A DNA stretch of 64,000 nucleotides from Chloroflexota bacterium. Lineage in GTDB: Bacteria; Chloroflexota; UBA11872; VXOZ01. The DNA lies in NCBI GenBank assembly GCA_964291655.2, contig OZ219801.1:1-64000 (forward strand), read 5' to 3'. Positions 17,826-27,732 of the stretch are shown piece by piece (the stretch's first letter is position 1; each line of letters begins with the position of its first letter). Below the pieces are notes generated by a model that had not been told where the DNA came from, searched no databases, and saw only the letters and a program-made list of their open reading frames with translations. Made by a program: the position numbers and the translations under genes.

Positions 17826-18971
17826 GTGCAAGTTTCGTGTCTACAGGAAAACCTCGCTAAAGGCCTCGCCATCGTCGGCCGGGCCGTTGCCACGCGCAGT
17901 CCTCTCCCGGTCCTGAGCAATGTGCTACTCGCAACCGATCAAGGGCGATTGAAGCTCTCCGCCATGAATCAAGAGATTGGCATCGTCCACTGGATTGGGT
18001 GCAAAGTGGAGACGGAGGGAGAAGTAACCGTCCTCGCGCGTCTGCTGGGTGAGTTTATCGGTTCACTGCCTAACGAGCGAGTAGACGTGCGGTTGGACAA
18101 GGAAGACCTAACCCTTCACCTCAATTGCGGGAGATACCAGGCGAACGTCAAAGGAATATCCGCCGAAGAGTTTCCCCCAATACCGTTGGGGGAGGGCGAC
18201 CCCACGCTCGTCCTCGATGCAACACTGCTGCGGGAGAGCATCGAACAGGTCGCCATGGCGGCTGCCAGCGACGATCCCCGCCAATATCTCCAAGGGGTTG
18301 CTGTAATCATTGAACCCGATAAGGTCGTGCTCGTGGCTTCAGACGGCTTCCGCATGGCGGTGCGGACCCTTGCGGTAGAGAGCGGCGTGAGCGAAAAGAC
18401 GGAGTTCATCGTGCCGGCCCGCAGTTTGTTGGAACTCTCGCGCATTCTGGGCGATAGTGAACATCCGGTTGAAATTCGCCTGACACAGAATCGCAATCAG
18501 GTGATTTTCAGTACCGGTGACGTACACTTGGTTTCACGCCTCATCGAAGGCACGTTTCCAAACTACACGCAGATGATTCCCCCCGACCATCAAACAGAGA
18601 TTCACGTCTCGACGCTGGATCTCATGCAGTCTGCGCGCATGGCGTCGTACTTTGCGCGCGACGGGGCCAACGTTATCAAGCTAGAGGCCGCGCCTGATGA
18701 TGAATCGGACGGTAAAGCGGCCCGCGGCAATCTAACCATCACGGCTACTGCCACCGAGCTGGGAGACAATCGCTCAGACCTTGAAGCTCAGGTCAAGGGA
18801 GAGGAAACGCTCATTGCCTTCAATGCCCGCTATCTACTCGATTGCATCAATGCCATCAATTCGCCTGACGTGCGGATCGAGCTAGCGGGTTCAACCAGCC
18901 CGGGAGTCATTCGCCCCACCGACGACACCGATTATGTCCACGTCATCATGCCCATGCATACGGTGCGGTAG
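17826..18971 (+). CDS. dnaN: DNA polymerase III beta sliding clamp
   Basis: LPVLSNVLL, EEFP, VASDGFRMA, IVPAR, SRLIEGTFPNY, IAFNARYL, VIMPM. GTG start at 17826 after GGAG. Confidence 0.97.
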   Translation: MQVSCLQENLAKGLAIVGRAVATRSPLPVLSNVLLATDQGRLKLSAMNQEIGIVHWIGCKVETEGEVTVLARLLGEFIGSLPNERVDVRLDKEDLTLHLNCGRYQANVKGISAEEFPPIPLGEGDPTLVLDATLLRESIEQVAMAAASDDPRQYLQGVAVIIEPDKVVLVASDGFRMAVRTLAVESGVSEKTEFIVPARSLLELSRILGDSEHPVEIRLTQNRNQVIFSTGDVHLVSRLIEGTFPNYTQMIPPDHQTEIHVSTLDLMQSARMASYFARDGANVIKLEAAPDDESDGKAARGNLTITATATELGDNRSDLEAQVKGEETLIAFNARYLLDCINAINSPDVRIELAGSTSPGVIRPTDDTDYVHVIMPMHTVR

Positions 18972-18973
18972 GT

Positions 18974-19909
18974 ATGCGAACTGATACTGAGCGGAACCCC
19001 ATCGTTCAGGATGACGTTTTGCCCGATTCCGAGCGGGGCAACATTATTCGCACCGCAGTTTGCCAGTACGCTCCAATTCTCGGTGACTTGCCTGCGAACG
19101 TTGAAAAAGGCGCGCAAGCCATTCAAGAGGCAGCCGAGGCTGGCGCTGACTTGATAGTGCTTCCTGAAATGGCAAATAGTGGCTACGTCGTGCATTCAAG
19201 CGCGGAAGCACGAGCGCTCGCGGAGTACACGGATGAGAGTCCTGCCGTTGCCCGGTGGCACCAACTTGCGCAGGAATATGATACTTACATCGTTGCAGGA
19301 TTTGGTGAAAAGGTCAGCGATACAGCGCTTTACAACTCGTCCCTCGTCATTGGCCCCACCGGCATTCTTGGCACTTACCGCAAGACGCATCTCTTCTTCG
19401 AAGAAAAACTCTACTACAGACCGGGTGACTTGGGATTTCCGGTCTTTGATCTGCCGTTTGGCAGAATTGGCATATTGATCTGCTACGATTTGCGCTTCCC
19501 CGAGGCGAGCCGAATCTTGGCCCTCAAGGGCGCCGACGTGATTTGTGTGCCTACCAATTGGGTAAGCATGATGACGCCGGATAGAATTTGGGATTCACAA
19601 GGGTACTGTCAGGCGAATTATGTGGCCCTGGCCAATGCGGCGATGAACCAAGTCTACATGGCGTGCGCCGACCGCGTGGGCGCAGAGCGCGGCATCCAGT
19701 TCCTTGGTTGCAGCCTCATCATCGACCCTGCCGGAACGCCCTTAGCCGGGCCCGCCAGCAAAGACGGCGAGGAGGTGCTCGTAACGGAAATGAACCTTTC
19801 TGCCGCCCGTCGGGCAAAAAACCGCAATGAGCTGAATCACACATGGCTCGACCGACGGACAGATCTCTATAGTGCCACGTTGGGGTATGAGTCTGGTCCG
19901 CCATCGTAG
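18974..19909 (+). CDS. Nitrilase/carbon-nitrogen hydrolase family amidase
   Basis: Catalytic triad contexts LPEM, YRKTHL and ICYDLRFPE. Confidence 0.92.
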   Translation: MRTDTERNPIVQDDVLPDSERGNIIRTAVCQYAPILGDLPANVEKGAQAIQEAAEAGADLIVLPEMANSGYVVHSSAEARALAEYTDESPAVARWHQLAQEYDTYIVAGFGEKVSDTALYNSSLVIGPTGILGTYRKTHLFFEEKLYYRPGDLGFPVFDLPFGRIGILICYDLRFPEASRILALKGADVICVPTNWVSMMTPDRIWDSQGYCQANYVALANAAMNQVYMACADRVGAERGIQFLGCSLIIDPAGTPLAGPASKDGEEVLVTEMNLSAARRAKNRNELNHTWLDRRTDLYSATLGYESGPPS

Positions 19910-20095
19910 TACGTTGATCCTTGTTGGCAGAGTGAGAGCAATGCCTGCCGCAGATGCAGAACGGACATTCTCCACTGTCCGCAAGGTCTTTTCGTAGTTT
20001 GACTCCCCCCTCCCATTCTTCTTGATCAAGAGACTTACCGGATAAAGTCACATGTTTGGATTGAGACTGCGCATTTGAAAGGCATGGGATAGACA

Positions 20096-20995
20096 ATGGA
20101 ACTCACACCGCAAACCCTGCACGGAGTTGTCGTCGCCATCGTTACACCGTTCCAGTCAAACCAAGACTTAGACTTGGACGGGGCAAAGCAGCTAACCAGG
20201 TTCCTCATCGATGCCGGGGTTCACGGTATCATGACCACCGGCGGCAACGGAGAATTTCCCCATATGCTGCAGGATGAAAAGAGGGCCGTGACGGCGGCAA
20301 TCGTGGAGGAAGCCGCAGGGGCGATTCCAATTATCGCGGGAACTGCAGCCGCCGGAACGCGGGAAGCGGTGCTCCTCGGGCAAGATGCGAAGGACGTAGG
20401 CGCAGACGGCACTATCGTTACGGCCCCGTATTACTTTCAACTCTCAGAGGATGCTCTTTTTGCCCACTACGAGACCCTCGCAACCGAAGTAGACTTGCCC
20501 ATGGTGCTCTACAATAATCCGCTCTACACCGGCAACGAGATTACGCCAGCCTTGATTGACCGTCTGGCTGCCGTTCCAAACGTGATTGGGCTGAAACAGA
20601 GTAATGCCGACTTTGGCATTCTCATGGAGAATATACGCTCGAACAGCGACAAGGTGGCCGTGCTGACAGGGATAGACAGCCAGTTCTACGCTGCCCTCGC
20701 CTCAGGCGCTACCGGAATCTTTTCGACCGCTGCCTGCGTGATTCCTCGCGAAATGGTAGCAATCTACGAAGCGGTTCAGTCCGGGGCGTTCGCTGAGGCC
20801 CGCCAGCTTCAATTGAAACTCCAGGCCCTGAATCGGTACTTAGAGTACGATCCCGGCTATGTGGGTCCCTGCAAAGCGGCATTGCGTATGCTGGGACTCC
20901 CCGCCGGGCCCGTCCGCGGCCCATTGCCGGAAGTAACCCCTGATGAAGAAGCGGGGGTGCGCGCCGGACTCGAAGAGCTTGAGTTGCTCTCCTAG
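20096..20995 (+). CDS. DapA/NanA family class I aldolase or lyase
   Basis: AIVTPF, GGNGE (in place of GTTGE), LYNNP, Schiff-base GLKQS. Probably not canonical DapA. Confidence 0.88.
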   Translation: MELTPQTLHGVVVAIVTPFQSNQDLDLDGAKQLTRFLIDAGVHGIMTTGGNGEFPHMLQDEKRAVTAAIVEEAAGAIPIIAGTAAAGTREAVLLGQDAKDVGADGTIVTAPYYFQLSEDALFAHYETLATEVDLPMVLYNNPLYTGNEITPALIDRLAAVPNVIGLKQSNADFGILMENIRSNSDKVAVLTGIDSQFYAALASGATGIFSTAACVIPREMVAIYEAVQSGAFAEARQLQLKLQALNRYLEYDPGYVGPCKAALRMLGLPAGPVRGPLPEVTPDEEAGVRAGLEELELLS

Positions 20996-21021
20996 GATTC
21001 AGGTTGCACAGAGCACCAAGA

Positions 21022-21495
21022 CCGTTCGTGCTGAGCACTTCGAAGCATGAACTGCCCTTCGACAGGCTCTGGGCGAACGGATAACGCTGAGCACTTCGAC
21101 AAGCTCAGTACAGGCCCGTCGAAGCATGGACGGCCCTTCGACAGGCTCTGGGCGAACGGGTAGCGCTGAGACCTTCGACAAGCTCAGTACAGGCCCGTCG
21201 AAGCATGGACGGCCCTTCGACAGGCTCTGGGCGAACGGATAGCGCTGAGGCCTTCGACAAGCTCAGAGCTTGCCCCGTGCTCGATACGGGGGCGAACGGA
21301 TAACGCTAAGCACATCGACAAGCTCAGTACTGGCTCGTCGCAGCATGGACGGCCCTTCGACAGGCTCTGGGCGAACGGATAGCACTGAGACCTTCGACAA
21401 GCTCAGAGCTTGCCCCGTGCTCGATACGGGGGCGAACGGATAACGCTGAACACATCCACACGCGCAGAGCCTGCCCCGTACCCGATACGGGGCGA
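21022..21495. repeat. Array of nested palindromic REP-like repeats
   Basis: CCCTTCGACAGGCTCTGGGCGAACGG at about 21055, 21134, 21213 and 21353; interleaved CTTCGACAAGCTCAG units; TGCCCCGTGCTCGATACGGGG twice plus one variant. Confidence 0.9.
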
Positions 21496-21533
21496 GCAGG
21501 TGACGATGCCCGACACCCCCCTTGAACACCGCC

Positions 21534-23423
21534 TTAGGCCTCTATCGCCTCCATGATCACCCGGCCTTCGGCGTCGCGGGGCTGCGGTACTCCCAAGAGA
21601 TAGGCAAGTGTGGGTGCGATATCGACGCTGCGCGCTTGTCCTTCCAATGCGGATCCATTGCGAATGTTGGGGCCGTTGACGATAAAGGTCGTATGCTGAC
21701 CGCCAATTCCCAAACTGACCGCGGGCAGATGTCGACCGTGGCACGCGTCGAATTCAGGATGCACCGCCCAGACGACATCGCCGACAAGGTCGCCCCAAAG
21801 GTTGAGCATCTCAGCGTTTTCGCGTGTGACCGCCAGAGCGAAGGGCTGCTTGCCGGTATTGGGGTCTACGTACGTCGTCAGTGCGTGAATGACCTGCTGC
21901 TGCACTTTATCGAAGTCCTCCGGCTCGACGATTCCGCCGGGATCGCGCCCCTTGAGGTTGATAAATACGTGAATCGTGCCCACCGGTATGGCTGCGCTCT
22001 TGCTTAGATCGATCTCCCCGGTAGCCGGATCCGTAACCAGTAGACCGACCTCTTCAAGCACGTCCGCCGCGGCAATTGGCGGGACAAAGTCCGGTGTGCC
22101 GCCGTGGTCTGAAGTCACAACGACTACCGTCTCGCTGTCTTGTAGCTCCAGGAGCCTCCCGACCCAGCGATCTACCGAGGCGAGGAGGCGGGTCATGCCC
22201 TCTCGCGAGCGAGCGATAACACTTTCCTCTGCCCCGCAGCGCGGATCCGTCTGAGCCATGAAGAAGTGGTTGCCATAGTCAAGCGAATGGACTTCTGTGA
22301 AGAGTACGTCCCAATCGCGCGTAGCACAGAGGTGATGCGCAACGTCGGCTAAGCAGTCATGATGCACGTCCACCAGCTCGAAAAAGGTCTCGTCGTCAAC
22401 CAGTCCCAGAGTGTCACGCGCCGGATTCTGTAAGAATGGCCCGACGTGCGTATCGATTTCGTCAGCGACCTCCGCCGGATATGTGTAGCCCTCTGTGGCC
22501 CAGACCTGGGGCATGAACATCTCAAACGTGTCACCATCGGGGGTGAGCGTAATGAGCTTGAAGCGCACGTACCCCGTGAGCGTGCGGTCACCGATGGTGA
22601 ATTGCTGCCGCGACCAATCGCTCCAATCGCCAATGGCAAGATCGGCTATGGATTGGCTGCCGTCGCGAGATGTGCACACCCGCACCCGATCGTAGCCTGC
22701 GCCCGTCTGTGCGTAAACGAGACCATAGAACGGGCGTGCCGCCGCACCTTCCGTGCCCCAGGCCGTCAAGTCCGAGCGCCCGCGCGCAAGTGGCTGCACC
22801 GTCAATTCCACTTCCAGGGGAGGCTTTGCAGACTCCGGAACATGCGACCATTGATCCCGGTCAGCCGGACGCAAGGCCACACGATCAACATCATCCCCCT
22901 CCTGCAGCGTGCTGGGATCCACCGCCTCCGCGTCTACCCCGCCGCCAATGGGACGTGGGCGCCAGTCTCCCGCAACCCAGAGGTGGTATCCCGCGATCTG
23001 ATGGTGGTTCGCCACGCCGGGCCCGGTGCCTTCAACCTGAACCCCTTTAGTAATCGTCGGCGGCCACGACATTTCCCACTTCACCAAGATTGGCGTCTTG
23101 CCCGCGCGTTCCAGCGTATTCCAAAAGTATTCTGCCTTTGAAAGCTCTGTATTGACGCCCCAGATTGTCTCTGTCAACGGCCGGCCTCGCGCACGAATGT
23201 TGAAGTCCATCACCTCATGGGTTCCCGGCCACGCACCGGTAGCGATTGATGTCCAGCCAGGTGGCGTGAGAGTGGGAAAGACGCCCAGCATCGGCCGCCA
23301 GGCGCCGGTGTCCATCAGGTGCTTGAGATGCGGCGTTGCTCCCTGTGCCGCCATGTGCCGCACGATCTCCATACTTGCGCCGTCAATTCCGATTACAATT
23401 GCCCGCTTGGCCAATGCCGCCAT
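21534..23423 (-). CDS. Alkaline phosphatase superfamily protein (nucleotide pyrophosphatase/phosphodiesterase type)
   Basis: IGIDGA, PTLTPPGWTSIATG (Thr nucleophile), D...H, TSDHG, INLKGRDPGGIV, DIAPT. Confidence 0.88.
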   Translation of the reverse strand: MAALAKRAIVIGIDGASMEIVRHMAAQGATPHLKHLMDTGAWRPMLGVFPTLTPPGWTSIATGAWPGTHEVMDFNIRARGRPLTETIWGVNTELSKAEYFWNTLERAGKTPILVKWEMSWPPTITKGVQVEGTGPGVANHHQIAGYHLWVAGDWRPRPIGGGVDAEAVDPSTLQEGDDVDRVALRPADRDQWSHVPESAKPPLEVELTVQPLARGRSDLTAWGTEGAAARPFYGLVYAQTGAGYDRVRVCTSRDGSQSIADLAIGDWSDWSRQQFTIGDRTLTGYVRFKLITLTPDGDTFEMFMPQVWATEGYTYPAEVADEIDTHVGPFLQNPARDTLGLVDDETFFELVDVHHDCLADVAHHLCATRDWDVLFTEVHSLDYGNHFFMAQTDPRCGAEESVIARSREGMTRLLASVDRWVGRLLELQDSETVVVVTSDHGGTPDFVPPIAAADVLEEVGLLVTDPATGEIDLSKSAAIPVGTIHVFINLKGRDPGGIVEPEDFDKVQQQVIHALTTYVDPNTGKQPFALAVTRENAEMLNLWGDLVGDVVWAVHPEFDACHGRHLPAVSLGIGGQHTTFIVNGPNIRNGSALEGQARSVDIAPTLAYLLGVPQPRDAEGRVIMEAIEA

Positions 23424-23713
23424 GGTACGCACTCCTCCTAGGGGGATTTCTGATTTTACAAGAGGCTTTACACCAATTAGTTCAGCCGGCTTTCGCTCAC
23501 TTTGCGAGGTCCTACCTAACCCGCCCGATAGTCAATGCCGCGCTCTGCGGACCGTCACAAAGGGCGAGGAACACCAATGCGAGTTTGGTCTGCTTCTCTC
23601 TTGGGAGCTAAGGCTGGCCTTGGCACGTAGCGTGATTCATCCGACACGCATGAGACCACGGTGCCGGCGAACTCTCCGCAGAGAGGTGGTTGCCGGCGGA
23701 CTTTTCAGAAAGG

Positions 23714-24811
23714 CTAGACCACGACCTCTGCTCTATCAACCACACGACCGCTCTTGCTGGACCGAATAGCCGCGGTGGTCATGGCAATGGTGTTGAGGTT
23801 GTCCCGCGGTGTCACCGCAGGCTCGCGTCCAAGGGCGGCTGCTGCGATCAAGTCACCAAGAGGACCCTGAAACGCATCGTTGAACCACGACCCCTCGATC
23901 TGAAACGTCTGTACATTGCGAGGGTCATCTGCACGGACCGCCGAGACTTCTTTACTCGTACCCCACACGCTTCCTTCCGTACCGTCAATCCACCAGTTGT
24001 AACTATGCGCGCCTGAAGCACGCACGATGTTGTTGAATTGCAGGCTTGCCATGACTCCAACCCGTCCTCCCACTTCACCAAACTCCACATTGGCGGAAAA
24101 TATGAGAGGATCAGGGCCATTCTGGTCCGGCAACATGGCCGTAGTACAGTGCAATCGCGTCCACTCGCGTCCACCTGCCATCGGCGAAGCGGCAAAATAG
24201 CGGCAGAGATCCAAGTAATGGACTCCATGATCGCCAATATTGAAATTTGCCAGCGTGGTCCACCACATGTCCGGTTGGTCTTGAAACGAGCGCCGGAGGT
24301 GCTGAATGCTATAGACCTGCCCAACAACCCCTTGGTCCATGAAGACTCGTATTGCTTTGTGTTCCGGCGCCCAACGCGCCTGCTGGTTCACAGCCAGGAG
24401 TATGCCCGCATCCTCCGCGATGGCGATGAGTTCTTCCGCCAAGGCATATTCCATGTGCAGCGGTTTCTGCGTGAGTACCGGCCGGGGAGCTTGCGCGATC
24501 GCCTGTAGCGTCTCCTTGCGGGCGGCCGGATGCAGCGCCATATCAATAACGCGCACATCGTCACGATCCAAGAGCGCATGAATGTCCGTAGTCCAAAACG
24601 GGATATTCCAGCGTTCCGCCGTGTTTCGCGCTGCTTCTTCGTCCACGTCACAGCAGGCCACAACATGGTATCCGGCCTTCTGATAGGCGGGCAAATGAGC
24701 GCCGTTGGCGATGCCGCCGCACCCCACAATCCCAACACCGTATTGCGCCAAGTCGACGCCGGACGGCGGTCCGGGACTGTATTGCTCTGGATGCAAAGTT
24801 AGGCTATCCAA
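23714..24811 (-). CDS. Gfo/Idh/MocA family oxidoreductase
   Basis: GIVGCGGIA, TQKP (EKP variant), DHGVHYLD, GTEGS. Confidence 0.9.
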   Translation of the reverse strand: MDSLTLHPEQYSPGPPSGVDLAQYGVGIVGCGGIANGAHLPAYQKAGYHVVACCDVDEEAARNTAERWNIPFWTTDIHALLDRDDVRVIDMALHPAARKETLQAIAQAPRPVLTQKPLHMEYALAEELIAIAEDAGILLAVNQQARWAPEHKAIRVFMDQGVVGQVYSIQHLRRSFQDQPDMWWTTLANFNIGDHGVHYLDLCRYFAASPMAGGREWTRLHCTTAMLPDQNGPDPLIFSANVEFGEVGGRVGVMASLQFNNIVRASGAHSYNWWIDGTEGSVWGTSKEVSAVRADDPRNVQTFQIEGSWFNDAFQGPLGDLIAAAALGREPAVTPRDNLNTIAMTTAAIRSSKSGRVVDRAEVVV

Positions 24812-24919
24812 TTCAGGTCTCCATCACTCTTGAACAAGCCGGTGTTTCTGCCGTAAAAAGAGCGTACGCCCGGCGTCGTGACACGCCTGTTCCTTGCCCT
24901 CTAGCTGAGCATTCGGCAA

Positions 24920-25432
24920 TCAAGCAGGCTCAGAAACGTCTTTACCAAGAGGACTGAGGGGCTCGTACTTGCGATTACGGTAGAGGAGCGGCAATTCCTG
25001 AGTTCCCAGACCGGCCGCCTCGACTTGACCGATAAAGAGTACCCCGCTCCCTGCTCTGTGCGTGGCGTAGACAGAGCAGTCGAGCCAGCAGATACAGTCC
25101 TCAAGAATCGGAGATCCCGTGGCCGCAAAGTGATGGGGGATCTGCGAAAACGCCGAACTCTTCTGCAGTCCGGGGCGAGCAAAGTGCTCTCCTATCGAAC
25201 TCTGATCCTCGCCAAGCACACTTATTGCAAATGCGCCAGCAGCCTCAACCCTGCCACACGTAGCATTGCTTTCGCCAACACTGATGAGGATAAGCGGTGG
25301 TTCCAGTGCAATCGAAGTGAATGCGCTCGCCGTCATGCCGTGCAAGCCGCTTGCATCTCGCACCGAAACTACCGCCACGGGTTGCGCCATCTGGCGCAAT
25401 ACGGCACGAAACGTCTCAGAATCAATCGGCAT
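24920..25432 (-). CDS. Flavin reductase family protein (HpaC/RutF-like)
   Basis: FRAVL, HGMTASAFTSIALEPPLILIS, PLLY. The usual GDH motif is replaced by GSG. Confidence 0.9.
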   Translation of the reverse strand: MPIDSETFRAVLRQMAQPVAVVSVRDASGLHGMTASAFTSIALEPPLILISVGESNATCGRVEAAGAFAISVLGEDQSSIGEHFARPGLQKSSAFSQIPHHFAATGSPILEDCICWLDCSVYATHRAGSGVLFIGQVEAAGLGTQELPLLYRNRKYEPLSPLGKDVSEPA

Positions 25433-25512
25433 GCTGTCCTCACATCCTGGGTAGTAGTCGGTTCAACGGCCTTAGTATACCGTACAACGAGTAGCAGAGG
25501 GGTGCAGAAAAC

Positions 25513-26889
25513 TCAGTGATGGTCAAGATGCCAGTCCAAGAGTTGTTGCTTCAGTGTCGCGACCACCCCAGCCTTCGTGGAGTCATGGAAGCAATTCTGC
25601 AATTCCCAAGGATCTTCGCGCAGGTCATACAGTTCATTGTGCTCACGTCCCGGTGTGTACACGAGCTTCCATTCAGGCGTACGTACCATGGTTGAGATCT
25701 CGGTCTGACGTCCGCTGGCCGGGGGCCCATAGGGGATGTTATTCCCTCGCTTGGGGTCGTTTACCATGGCGGTGGGAAACGCGCCGACCTCGGCGAACGC
25801 GACATTTGGCAATTGTTCCTTTCCTTCCCAGACTGGTACAAAAGAGCGTCCGTGCATGGACTCTGGAGCCTCGACGCCGGTCCAGTCTAAGATGGTGGGA
25901 GCCAAATTGGTTGAATCTGTAATCTCCGATATGCGTTCGCCTTGAGGCACGAGATGATCCGGTCCGGCGATAATTGATGGAATGCGTACCAAGCTGTCGT
26001 ACAGGGTGCAACTCTTGCCAAACATGCGGTGCTCGCCGGCATAGTCGCCGTGATCGGAGGAATAGACGATTATTGTATTCTCCAGCATGCCTCGCAACTC
26101 CAGGAAGCCAACCAAGCGCGCCACCTGGTCGTCGAGGTGTCTCACCATACCGTAATAGACCGCCAGAGCTTTGCGTATTTCATCTTCGCTCGCGTCCCAC
26201 GTGCCGCCGTCACGAGCGGTCTGCTCATGTGCTTTCGGCTTGTCGGCGTTGTCGCCCTCTACCGGCGGTAGTGAAATAGCTGCGGGATCAAACATGGAAT
26301 AGTATGGCTCAGGCACGAAGAACGGCGGATGGGGGTCCATGTAGGCAATATGCAAAAAGAATGGCCGATCCGACGTGCACGACTCGACAAAGTTCATACC
26401 GATTTTGGTCATGGCGCCATTCAAGTCTTCATCGGGGGGCGCCGGCACTTCAGCGACCATGTGTTGCACTCGTCTCGGCGCCTGCTCCACTAGCGCCCTT
26501 CGCAACCGACTGCGTTCCGAGAGCACGCCCTTGCCAATGTCGTGTTGAAAGTCAAAGCCACGGCCGCCGCCACTGCGGCCGCCGTGAAAGTGTCCTACCG
26601 CGCCGGTCTGATATCCTGCCCCGCGCAGCCGCTCCGCCAGTGTTACCTCGTAGTGAGGAAGGGTATAGCCGTTGCCGCGCACGCCGATGGCATGGGCATA
26701 GCGCCCGGTCATTAGGATACAGCGCGCCGGCAAACAGAAAGGATGCGGCGTAAAGTAGTTTTCAAATACCACGCCGCGCTGCGCTAGCGCTTCAAGGGCA
26801 GGTGTTTCAACATCGGCATTGCCGTAGAGTCCGAGACTGGTGGCCTTCTGCTGATCTGCAAGCAACAGCACAATATTGGGTTGTGCCAT
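25513..26889 (-). CDS. Cys-type sulfatase family hydrolase
   Basis: PNIVLLLADQ, CLPAR (CxPxR), GYQT..VG.FH, DPHPPF, SSDHG, ELYDL.EDP.E. Confidence 0.92.
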   Translation of the reverse strand: MAQPNIVLLLADQQKATSLGLYGNADVETPALEALAQRGVVFENYFTPHPFCLPARCILMTGRYAHAIGVRGNGYTLPHYEVTLAERLRGAGYQTGAVGHFHGGRSGGGRGFDFQHDIGKGVLSERSRLRRALVEQAPRRVQHMVAEVPAPPDEDLNGAMTKIGMNFVESCTSDRPFFLHIAYMDPHPPFFVPEPYYSMFDPAAISLPPVEGDNADKPKAHEQTARDGGTWDASEDEIRKALAVYYGMVRHLDDQVARLVGFLELRGMLENTIIVYSSDHGDYAGEHRMFGKSCTLYDSLVRIPSIIAGPDHLVPQGERISEITDSTNLAPTILDWTGVEAPESMHGRSFVPVWEGKEQLPNVAFAEVGAFPTAMVNDPKRGNNIPYGPPASGRQTEISTMVRTPEWKLVYTPGREHNELYDLREDPWELQNCFHDSTKAGVVATLKQQLLDWHLDHH

Positions 26890-27002
26890 CTCACAACTTC
26901 TTTCTAAACGCCAAGAGCGGCTCTCTCAACAAGTCTTGTCACTATTCTCTATTACACAACAAGATGATTTTCGTCGAATCACGCATGGCAGCACCTAATA
27001 GC

Positions 27003-27030
27003 AAAAAACCGGGGCGATTCCCCAGTTCTT
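27003..27030 (-). terminator. Rho-independent terminator of the infC-hypothetical gene unit
   Basis: Minus strand AACTGGG-aatcgc-CCCGGTT followed by TTTT, about 30 nt after the stop codon. Confidence 0.6.
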
Positions 27031-27058
27031 TGCACGAACGTTTGAAGAGCAATCTGAT

Positions 27059-27718
27059 TCATTCCATGCCCTTGCTCGATGATTCCATGTGCGAAAGCAA
27101 GGAAACCGACCAGTGTGCCCTGCGTTGCCGCGCTGCGTCGGCGCTGAAGCCGGTTGGTTCGCTGGCTACGAGCTTGTCCAGCAAGCTATGGTCGCCCTGA
27201 AGGTAGAGCCGCACCTTCATTATGCCGTAGGCATATTCCGGATGACTCTCGGCAAGATAAGCAAAGATCGAACCGGACTCTCGCTCAAACCGCTCTCTAT
27301 TGCCTTCTGTAAGGACGAGAGTCTCAGTCTCCTGCAAGATGTTGCGCGGCTCAATGTGTACGCGGCTGGCAACATCTTGTACAGACAAGCCTTGCTCTTG
27401 GGCCAACTCACGAAAACGTATCACGACTTCATCGTCGCTCAGGCGGTGGATATCGGTTTGCGGCTGCCGCGACTCCAGGCTATGGCGAATGCTCTCCCAA
27501 TCGACCTTGACTTTCGGGTATAGCTCTGAGATCTCGAGTTGCAGGTCGGTGGTGACACGAGGACGCCCCCCAAGATATGCCAAGAACTGGGTGCGGGTAC
27601 CAAGATCATCCACAATGTCACGTACGAGCCAAGCCACCCACAGCGTCTGATCTTGGCGACCAGAAGCTGCTTCCGGTACCCACTTTATGTAAACGTTCTC
27701 TCGCGCTGTATCAGGCAC
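27059..27718 (-). CDS. Hypothetical protein with a central XRE-like HTH segment
   Basis: Starts 14 nt after the infC stop; contains RFRELAQEQGLSVQDVASRVHIEPRNI. Confidence 0.7.
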   Translation of the reverse strand: MPDTARENVYIKWVPEAASGRQDQTLWVAWLVRDIVDDLGTRTQFLAYLGGRPRVTTDLQLEISELYPKVKVDWESIRHSLESRQPQTDIHRLSDDEVVIRFRELAQEQGLSVQDVASRVHIEPRNILQETETLVLTEGNRERFERESGSIFAYLAESHPEYAYGIMKVRLYLQGDHSLLDKLVASEPTGFSADAARQRRAHWSVSLLSHMESSSKGME

Positions 27719-27732
27719 AGAGTGGCTAATTC

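Noticed and set aside
21022-21495. CRISPR array
   Set aside because: The sequences between repeats are themselves repeated, spacing is irregular, and there are no cas genes in the window.
20999-21529. Short ORFs with repeated peptides (VRPEPVEGPSMLRRA)
   Set aside because: These are translations of the palindromic repeats, not genes. The same applies to the ORFs starting at 39316 and 55221.
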